A program made the position numbers and the translations under genes. Shown here one piece after another: positions 57,153 through 64,000 of a DNA stretch of 64,000 bases (position 1 is its first letter; each line of letters starts with the position of its first letter). The stretch comes from Rickettsiales bacterium (GTDB lineage Bacteria; Pseudomonadota; Alphaproteobacteria; Methylaequorales; Methylaequoraceae), in NCBI GenBank assembly GCA_002689325.1, contig NZFP01000009.1:2587-66586 (forward strand). Direction: 5' to 3'. Under the pieces are notes generated by a model. It was not told the origin of the DNA. It made no database searches and saw nothing but the letters and a program-made list of their open reading frames with translations.

Positions 57153-57792
57153 ATGTTTTGGTTTTTTCTTATAATTTTTTTTCTTATAATTTTTCTATTT
57201 TCAATTTTCTTATATAATCCAAAAGTCTCAAAAAAAAAAATTCTTCATAACATTTTTGTCTATTACATTTTCAACTTTGTTGATTTATTTTTTTAAAGGG
57301 AATAAAGAAGCATTTTTTTTTGAAAATCTTGTAAACAAAGAAATAAATAAAATTACAAATAATCCTGAAAGTCTTAAGAAGATAAATCCCCAAAAAATAA
57401 TTTTTTTTTTGGAGTCAAAACTTAGGGAAAACCCTATGGACTTAGAGGGCTGGAAACTTTTAGCTCGTACATGTTTAATGACAGGACATATACAAAAAGC
57501 TGAAGTACATTATACAAAAGCTCTAAAATATTTTCCCTTAAATGAAACTTTAATATATGAATACGCAGTTTTAAAAAAAAACACCGACCAATTAAATGGT
57601 GCACTTAAACTTTTAAAAAAAGTTGATGTTAAAAAAACTGAAGATAAGGAACTTATTTACTTTTATCTTAAATTATTGAAAGAAACAACCAACAGAGAGG
57701 TGCTTAATAAAAAAATTAGTGAATTAGAGAATAATAAGAATATTGATTCCTCAGAAAAAAAAAATATTTTTAAAAAACTTAAGATAAATTAG
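57153..57792 (+). CDS. ccmI: CcmI/CycH-like TPR protein; N-terminal TM segment (ATG 57153) and TPR body (57256 onward) in different frames across an A11 run (57230-57240)
   Basis: ATG 57153 directly follows the ccmH stop and encodes MFWFFLIIFFLIIFLFSIFLYNPKVSKKK, then stops. The track ORF 57256-57792 (TTG start) encodes TPR-like EGWKLLARTCLMTGHIQKAEVHYTKALKYFP. The frames differ by +1. Confidence 0.5.
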
Positions 57793-58674
57793 ATTTAGTC
57801 TTTCAGTTTTTTCTAAATCATTTTGACAATTAAAAAAATTAATCAAATCTGCGACATTTTTTTTTTTAACAAATTTTTTTTTTTCAAATCTACTAACTGG
57901 CATTACTTTTAAAACTGAATTTGTTAAAAACATCTGATCAAATTTTTTAATATCACTTAAGTTTATATTTTTAATGATTACTTTATCAAAAAAAAGCTTT
58001 GCATTATCTATTACAACTTGTCTCATTACTCCATTAATTCCTGAATCTATTATCGTAGGAGTAAAGAGTGTTTTTTTTTGAACAAAAAAGATATTAGTCA
58101 TCGTTCCTTCTAAAATATTTTTTTTTGAATCAACAAAAACTCCTTCGAAAATTTTTTCATCCTCCCACTCTGACCTTGCAAGAACTGAATCAAGCCGATT
58201 TAAATGTTTAAAACCAAACAAATTTGTATTTTTTGATAAATGTGTTTTGCAAATTTTTACTGTAACGCCTGATTTAAAATACTTTTTTTCTATTTTTGGC
58301 TTTTGTAAAGAAAGGAATATAATTGTGGGAGACATATTTTTTTCAAATTTGTAACCTCTTCCACCTACTCCTCTGGTAATAATCATCTTCAGTAATCCCG
58401 ATTTTTTTCGTTTCAAAGAAGCTTTCAAAAGCTTGTTTCGTTGTCTAATAATTTCATCATTAGTTGGGAAATTAATCTGCATTAACCTACAACCATCTTT
58501 TATTCTTTCTAAATGTCTAAGCCAGAATTCAACACCAACATTAATTTTATTTTTATCTTTAAAACTATCCCATAACATAGTTTCAAAAAAACCATCACCA
58601 TAAGCTAATCCTCTATCATAAACTGAAATAGAGTCTTTAAATTTACCGTTTATTAGAGAAAGGTTTTTACTCAT
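57751..58674 (-). CDS. pabC: class IV aminotransferase-fold protein, probable aminodeoxychorismate lyase
   Basis: RGLAYGDGFFET block. Coupled 4-bp overlap with the upstream ADC synthase gene. Confidence 0.65.
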   Translation of the reverse strand: MSKNLSLINGKFKDSISVYDRGLAYGDGFFETMLWDSFKDKNKINVGVEFWLRHLERIKDGCRLMQINFPTNDEIIRQRNKLLKASLKRKKSGLLKMIITRGVGGRGYKFEKNMSPTIIFLSLQKPKIEKKYFKSGVTVKICKTHLSKNTNLFGFKHLNRLDSVLARSEWEDEKIFEGVFVDSKKNILEGTMTNIFFVQKKTLFTPTIIDSGINGVMRQVVIDNAKLFFDKVIIKNINLSDIKKFDQMFLTNSVLKVMPVSRFEKKKFVKKKNVADLINFFNCQNDLEKTERLNLIYLKFFKNIFFF

Positions 58675-60095
58675 TTACTGAAGGATCCAAGAGCCTTCAA
58701 CATTCCATTTGCCTTAGCCTCAGTCTCAATTGTTTCGTTCTCAGGAATGGAATCAGCAACAATTCCACCCCCAGCTCTAAAGTAGAGAAATTCTTTTTCT
58801 TTAAGCATTGATCTTATCAAAATATTTAAATCCATATCTCCAGAATGAGTAACATATCCTAGGGAACCAGTGTATGGTCCTCTACCTTCTCTTTCAAGTT
58901 CACCTAAAATTTGCATACATCTTACTTTGGGGCAACCAGTTATTGTTCCACCAGGAAATAAAGAACGAATAATTTCTCCTGGAGAGATACCATCTATTTT
59001 TAAACCACAAATATTTGAGACTATATGGTGTACGTGTGCATACGACTCTATCGTCATCATTTCATTTACCTCAACAGTTCCTGGTTTACAAACTTTTGAA
59101 ATATCATTTCTTTCAAGATCAACAAGCATAAGATGTTCTGCTTTTTCTTTATCTGAGTTTATTAGTTCCATTGATAATTCTACATCCTGTAACCCTGAAC
59201 TACCTCTTGGCCTAGTCCCAGCAATTGGTCTAGTCTCTAAATACTCTCCGTTCACTGAAACAAGCCTCTCTGGTGAGGAGCATATTATATTACTTCCTTT
59301 ATAATTTATTAGACCTGCAAAAGGAGATGGGTTTTTATTTCTAAGTTGCTTGTAAATTTCTACTTCATCAATTTTTTTGTCAATTTGAAATTTCCACAAC
59401 CTAGATAAGTTTGCTTGAAATATCTCTCCCTGAAAAATATAATCTATGCACTTTCTAACTTGCTCCTGGTGCTCATATTCACTTCCTTTTCTTAGAATCG
59501 TAATTGTCCCAAATAGTTTTGTGCTTTCATCAAGTATTTTCGTAAAATCCTCTTCTATCTCCAAAATATCATCATTAAAAGAATCTTTATCATCTGAGGT
59601 AATTAAAATCTCATTATCAACATGATCAAATATAATTGCGGTATTGACTCGGCTTGCAAAAGCAGTTGGAAGTTTAAAAGGAGATTCTGGGATATTCAAT
59701 TTAGTTTCAATTTCCTCAACAAGCTCGTATCCTAAATAGACAAACCATCCTCCACAAAATGGAATCTTTTTATTGTTGAAAAAAAGATCATTTTGATTAA
59801 TTTTTTCTCTCTTCCAAATTTCATCAAATTCATCTAAAAAACTATTTTTGTCTTCTTTATTTTTTTGAAGTAAAATTTTTGGTTTAAAAAAAAGAACGGA
59901 AAATCTATTTTTTTTGTTTCCCCTAGATGAACTTTCAAGAAAATAAGGATATTTAGTAATATTTATTGATTGAAGGTTTAGTAAATCAAATTTTTTTTGG
60001 TCAAGTTTATAATACTTTCCAACCCAACCATCTCCTTTTACTGTACTTCCGATAAACTTCATTGACTTTTTGAATTTAATTTTTATATCATACAA
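58671..60095 (-). CDS. pabB: aminodeoxychorismate synthase component I (chorismate-binding enzyme)
   Basis: SSPERLVSV and GPYTGSLGYV blocks of the chorismate-binding family. 474 aa, shorter than TrpE, and adjacent to the lyase. Confidence 0.75.
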   Translation of the reverse strand: MYDIKIKFKKSMKFIGSTVKGDGWVGKYYKLDQKKFDLLNLQSINITKYPYFLESSSRGNKKNRFSVLFFKPKILLQKNKEDKNSFLDEFDEIWKREKINQNDLFFNNKKIPFCGGWFVYLGYELVEEIETKLNIPESPFKLPTAFASRVNTAIIFDHVDNEILITSDDKDSFNDDILEIEEDFTKILDESTKLFGTITILRKGSEYEHQEQVRKCIDYIFQGEIFQANLSRLWKFQIDKKIDEVEIYKQLRNKNPSPFAGLINYKGSNIICSSPERLVSVNGEYLETRPIAGTRPRGSSGLQDVELSMELINSDKEKAEHLMLVDLERNDISKVCKPGTVEVNEMMTIESYAHVHHIVSNICGLKIDGISPGEIIRSLFPGGTITGCPKVRCMQILGELEREGRGPYTGSLGYVTHSGDMDLNILIRSMLKEKEFLYFRAGGGIVADSIPENETIETEAKANGMLKALGSFSK

Positions 60096-60111
60096 TTTAA
60101 GGTATTAAAAT

Positions 60112-61392
60112 ATGTATCATACAGTAGTAATTGGAGGAGGTTGTTTAGGTGCTGCCACAGCTATATCTCTTCAAAAAAAATTAAATAAGATAGGTAAGGG
60201 CGAAAAGGTTTGTTTAATTGAAAAAGCAGTACTTTGTGCTGCTGAATCATCTAGACATTCAGGAATTGTCAGATCTGCTAATGCAGATCCTGATGCTTCA
60301 ATGATGGCTTCAATCAGTACTAAAATGTGGAAAAACATTAAAGACCATTGGGGTATTGATATGGAAGTTGATGAGTTTGGTGCAATTTGGATCGCAAAAA
60401 AAAATTCTGATGGAGATAACCCTGCTTGGACAGATTTATCTAAAAGAATGGAAAAAATTGATCTTGTTTTTGAGGAAATTGATCCCCAGTCAGCCATCCA
60501 AAAATGTGGAACTACCCTAATTACAGATAATGATGAGTCTTACTATTATGAACCAGCTGCATTCCAGTTAGATCCAAGTATACTCAGAACTGCCCTTTAC
60601 GAAGCTATAGAAGAAAATGGTGTTGAACTTTTTGAAAAAACTGAAGTTGAAACCATCGTAGCTAATGGTAACTCTATTCAATCATGTTTAACAAATAATG
60701 GCAAATTTGACGCTAAACATTTTGTAAATGCAACTGGTGCTTGGAGCTCTCAGCTTTTCACAAAACTCGGTTTAAAAATTCCTGTAACGATTGAACCTGT
60801 TTCAGTTGTTAACTGGATGGAAAGTCCAAAGCAAATCAAATATGAGTATCCGATAATCGCGGACTATACTAATCTTTGCTACTTTAGATCCTGGAGAGGT
60901 AATAAAATGCATGCCCACCAACCGAGAAAAAGGTCTGTTTATGAAATTGCTAAAAATTTTATAAATGATCTTACTGCCGTTAATGGAGGTGAGTACTTGA
61001 ATGAACCAATGAATCAATCATTAGCCTATAACCAAATAAAAAATTATGAAGACATTTCAAAAAAAAGGTTTTCAAACATTGATAAAACAGTTTATGCATC
61101 AGGCTATAGATCATTTTTCGACATTACACCCGACCTAAGATTTATTTTAGGTAAAGACTCAAAGATAAATAATCTTTTTCATAACTTAGGTTCTGGTCAA
61201 GCAATGAAATACACCCCCATACTTGGTGAAGCACTTGCTGAAGATATAATAGGTGAAGAAAACGTATTAAAAAAATTTGATTACCAAAAATTCAACATTA
61301 ATAGATTTGGTGATGATTATTTGAAGGAATTTTGGAACCTTGTTAATGGTGAAGAAAATACACTTCATAGACAAGGTAAGAATACTCTTTAA
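60112..61392 (+). CDS. FAD-dependent oxidoreductase (DAO / sarcosine oxidase beta-like family)
   Basis: N-terminal VVIGGGCLGAATAISL dinucleotide fold. 426 aa. Confidence 0.75.
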   Translation: MYHTVVIGGGCLGAATAISLQKKLNKIGKGEKVCLIEKAVLCAAESSRHSGIVRSANADPDASMMASISTKMWKNIKDHWGIDMEVDEFGAIWIAKKNSDGDNPAWTDLSKRMEKIDLVFEEIDPQSAIQKCGTTLITDNDESYYYEPAAFQLDPSILRTALYEAIEENGVELFEKTEVETIVANGNSIQSCLTNNGKFDAKHFVNATGAWSSQLFTKLGLKIPVTIEPVSVVNWMESPKQIKYEYPIIADYTNLCYFRSWRGNKMHAHQPRKRSVYEIAKNFINDLTAVNGGEYLNEPMNQSLAYNQIKNYEDISKKRFSNIDKTVYASGYRSFFDITPDLRFILGKDSKINNLFHNLGSGQAMKYTPILGEALAEDIIGEENVLKKFDYQKFNINRFGDDYLKEFWNLVNGEENTLHRQGKNTL

Positions 61393-61796
61393 TCATCATT
61401 TTCAGTCGAGAGTGATGTCATTACATTTAAACTTCTCCAAAAATCCTCACTCTTTATATTTATATCATTTAAGCGTATTAAAAGACTTCTTAAAATAGCT
61501 CTAACAACAGGATCAGCAGTTTTTATTTTTTCTTTTAAGGTTTTTTCGCTGATTGGGTATAAAATACAATTCGTTGCAGCCTCGGCAGTAATTGACCTAG
61601 ATTCATCCAATGAGGGTCCACGCTCTCCAAAAATTTCTCCTTCACCTACCTGCCCTAAAAGAAGTCCGCCTGGAGAATAAATATTTACCTTCCCAGCGTG
61701 TACGTAAAATGCAAAATCAGCCTTATCTCCTTTAACATAGATTTTTTTTCCTTTTGAAAACTTAACCTGATTTATACCAAATTTAGTTGATGACAT
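61389..61796 (-). CDS. cyclic nucleotide-binding domain protein
   Basis: 135 aa. GEGEIFGE beta-roll motif. Confidence 0.6.
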   Translation of the reverse strand: MSSTKFGINQVKFSKGKKIYVKGDKADFAFYVHAGKVNIYSPGGLLLGQVGEGEIFGERGPSLDESRSITAEAATNCILYPISEKTLKEKIKTADPVVRAILRSLLIRLNDINIKSEDFWRSLNVMTSLSTENDD

Positions 61797-63170
61797 TTAC
61801 TTTACCCGCCGGTTAGAAATTCTGTTTAAATATCTATTAGAAAATTTTATTTTTCTAGAAAAAATATTACTAAAAAAAGGTTTGCTTTTAAAGTTATAAC
61901 TATCACAAGGATAGGATTTTAAATCCTTCTTAGATGAGCCAAGTTCTTTTTCTAAAACTTCATCTAATGTTTTTAAGATGTTTTGTTGAAAATTAGTTGG
62001 AAAGTAAATTTTTTCTTGAACCAAAAAAACTGGTATTTTAGCTGGCACAGTTTCCTTCAGAAGTCTAAAGAAAACATTAGCTAGGAATGACTCCCAATTA
62101 ATTCGATTACCTTTAAAAAAATAACTGCTGATTTCATGGTTTTTTTTAAGAAAAATACTGATCATTTTCTTTATATCACTGGTATGAATATTTTTATTTA
62201 CAAAAAAATTTCCTTTTTCCAGACATAAAGACTTAATTAGCGATTCATAACTTTTAAGTTTTAGACCTTTAGAAATAATTTTACATTTTTGGGTATAACT
62301 AAAGTCATCTGAAATCTTTAACCTTTTTAATTGAATTTCTTTTATGTTAAATTGTTTTAACAAATAGTTCTCAAAAAAATCATTCAAATCAACATAAGAC
62401 GTAGGATTATTATTAATTAAAAACTTTTCTTGGTAAATACTGGTTAAGCTTATATCGAGGTTATTCCACCAACAACCCTGGAATTTCTCAACATTATAAG
62501 AATCTTTTTTAAACAATATGTTTGCCTGCGACCCAGTCTCAGATATTGTAACTTTTCTTTTGTCACATCTTACGAAAAATTTATTTTCATAAGTTGGAAC
62601 ATCAATTACACTTATGGAAAGAAGATTATTATATCCAACTAAGATTTCTCTAATCTCATGTGTCTTAAAATTATCCTTATACTCAACTTTATTGTTCAAT
62701 TCGTCTCTCATAATGACAAATTCTCTTTGGGGATGGTTAATCTTTTTATCAACAAATTGAAGAGACTCTTCAAAGTAATTTCTTAGTTCCTTTGATGCTC
62801 TAATTCTTGTTAACCTACTTTTTTTTGTTGTTCTATCAAAGAAACCAGGAAAAAAATCAATTAATTTAATTTTTTTTAAAAAGTTTACTGCATTGATCGT
62901 ATAAGAAGAAATATTATTTGGGTTATATCTTGATTTGGAATTATAACCTCTTTTTGACATTGATAAACTTAAAAATTGTTCGCTAGATTCATGCCAGCAG
63001 TAAAAAAGTTCTATTAATAACAACTTCAGGTGTTTTTCTAATAAAATGTTTTTCTCTTTCAAAGAAACAATATTACCTAATAAGCTCTTCGCTTTTTTAA
63101 GATCCAAATTTTTTTGAATATCAAGTGGCCTACTAAAATTAAAATCTATTTGATCATTCACATTATTCAT
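61797..63170 (-). CDS. hypothetical protein
   Basis: 457-aa ORF. No motif recognised. Confidence 0.35.
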   Translation of the reverse strand: MNNVNDQIDFNFSRPLDIQKNLDLKKAKSLLGNIVSLKEKNILLEKHLKLLLIELFYCWHESSEQFLSLSMSKRGYNSKSRYNPNNISSYTINAVNFLKKIKLIDFFPGFFDRTTKKSRLTRIRASKELRNYFEESLQFVDKKINHPQREFVIMRDELNNKVEYKDNFKTHEIREILVGYNNLLSISVIDVPTYENKFFVRCDKRKVTISETGSQANILFKKDSYNVEKFQGCWWNNLDISLTSIYQEKFLINNNPTSYVDLNDFFENYLLKQFNIKEIQLKRLKISDDFSYTQKCKIISKGLKLKSYESLIKSLCLEKGNFFVNKNIHTSDIKKMISIFLKKNHEISSYFFKGNRINWESFLANVFFRLLKETVPAKIPVFLVQEKIYFPTNFQQNILKTLDEVLEKELGSSKKDLKSYPCDSYNFKSKPFFSNIFSRKIKFSNRYLNRISNRRVK

Positions 63171-63189
63171 ATTATAAAATTTCCAGATT

Positions 63190-63477
63190 ATGTACTTTAT
63201 AGATTTTTTTGCTTACATTGTTTTTCAAATTCTTCAAATATATAAATATGCAGTAATAATTTATGTAATTATCAGTATGCTTATCTCATTTAATGTTATC
63301 AATTACAATAATTCTTTAGTTTCAATTATAATGGATTTTTTATATAGATTGACAGAGCCATTATTAAAAATTATAAGGAGGTTTTTACCTAGTTTTGGAG
63401 CGATTGATTTGTCTCCGGTCCTACTTATAATTATAATTGAGGCTACTCAGTACGTTATGACTAAATATGGATTTTAA
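63190..63477 (+). CDS. YggT-family membrane protein
   Basis: LTEPLLKIIRRFLPSFGAIDLSPVLLIIII matches the YggT/Ycf19 signature. Confidence 0.7.
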   Translation: MYFIDFFAYIVFQILQIYKYAVIIYVIISMLISFNVINYNNSLVSIIMDFLYRLTEPLLKIIRRFLPSFGAIDLSPVLLIIIIEATQYVMTKYGF

Positions 63478-63479
63478 AT

Positions 63480-64000
63480 ATGAATGATAATAAAATTATT
63501 GATGGAAAATTAATATCTAATCAAATTAGAGAAAAAATCAAATTTTTTGGAGAAAAATTAATTGACAAAACTGGAAAAAAACCAGGACTTGCAGTAGTAC
63601 TTGTTGGAGAAACCCCAGCCAGTAAAGTTTATGTAAAAAACAAAATCGAAAAAACAAATGAGGTTGGTTTTAACTCCATAGAACATAGACTTGATGAAAA
63701 TGTTTCTGAAGAAAAATTATTGGAACTTGTCAACAATTTAAACAACGATTCAAGTGTTCAAGGAGTTTTAGTTCAACTTCCTCTACCAACCCATATTGAT
63801 TCTGATAAAGTTTTAGATGCAATCATTCCTGTTAAAGATGTTGATGGATTTCATGCAGAAAATGTTGGAAAACTCTGGTCAGGTCTAAGTTCTCTCGTAC
63901 CATGTACTCCTCTTGGATGCTCAATACTTCTTAAAAAACTTAACCCAGATTTATCTGGAAAAAACGCAGTTATTATCGGGAGATCAAATATTGTAGGAAA
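63480..64000 (+). CDS. folD: bifunctional methylenetetrahydrofolate dehydrogenase/cyclohydrolase, 5' part (continues past window end)
   Basis: MNDNKIIDGKLISNQIREKI...GLAVVLVGETPASKVYVKNK...VLVQLPLP. The ORF is open to position 64000. Confidence 0.9.
   Translation, partial: MNDNKIIDGKLISNQIREKIKFFGEKLIDKTGKKPGLAVVLVGETPASKVYVKNKIEKTNEVGFNSIEHRLDENVSEEKLLELVNNLNNDSSVQGVLVQLPLPTHIDSDKVLDAIIPVKDVDGFHAENVGKLWSGLSSLVPCTPLGCSILLKKLNPDLSGKNAVIIGRSNIVG

Noticed and set aside
1-64000. CRISPR arrays, rRNA genes, IS elements/transposases, integrases, prophage structural genes
   Set aside because: No short direct-repeat/spacer arrays, no rRNA-like conserved stretches, and no transposase, integrase or phage capsid/terminase motifs were recognised in any frame. 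The only repeats are the tRNA-3'-like elements, the 240-bp duplication and paralogous FkbM and PagL genes.

Overview
AT-rich, gene-dense segment (about 90% coding, many 4-bp gene overlaps, frequent A/T homopolymers). Gene content and composition suggest a streamlined marine alphaproteobacterium, SAR11/Pelagibacterales-like; this is inference from sequence alone. Layout: (1) 0.5-9.8 kb: a compact envelope cluster. It has a membrane-anchored PEGA-repeat protein with an FGE/SUMF1-fold domain that lacks the catalytic cysteines. Next is a MotA/TolQ/ExbB-family proton-channel protein. Then come two tandem paralogues whose N-terminal TM helix carries the ExbD/TolR/MotB-type aspartate (FLDIM / FLDVI) but whose extracytoplasmic part is coiled coil plus a von Willebrand A domain with an intact MIDAS motif. 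Facing these is a convergent trio of exported proteins: a Lys-rich coiled coil with a PEGA-like C-terminus, a glycine-zipper lipoprotein and an acidic protein. I flag this as a candidate undescribed PMF-driven stator-type envelope machine. (2) 10.2-14.0 kb: conserved GDSL esterase (TesA-like), ABC ATPase and FtsX permease module, bracketed by copies of a tRNA-3'-end-like element (T-arm + acceptor + CCA). Two degenerate copies recur at 14.1 and 15.5 kb. (3) 14.1-34.3 kb: a hypervariable-type glycan-modification island. It carries a FliB-like Cys-cluster protein, GT-B and GT2 glycosyltransferases, a B12-binding radical SAM enzyme, three FkbM methyltransferases plus an FkbM pseudogene fragment, a CDP-sugar epimerase, a DegT aminotransferase, a class I MT, a Zn-ribbon C-methyltransferase and a cupin isomerase. 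It also contains a 240-bp segmental duplication scar and a G9/T16 homopolymer pair in a promoter region. (4) 34.5-64 kb: core genes. These are a PQQ-type sugar dehydrogenase, gltD-gltB, gmhA, tRNA-Arg(CCU), two tandem PagL-like outer-membrane proteins, an M48 peptidase, CarD/CdnL, the 7Fe ferredoxin, a Suv3-like helicase, acnA, ccmABCDEFGHI, pabB-pabC, a DAO-family oxidoreductase, a cNMP-binding protein, YggT and the 5' part of folD. ccmE and probably ccmI are each interrupted by a +1 shift inside A10/A11 runs. No rRNA, CRISPR, transposase or phage structural genes were recognised.
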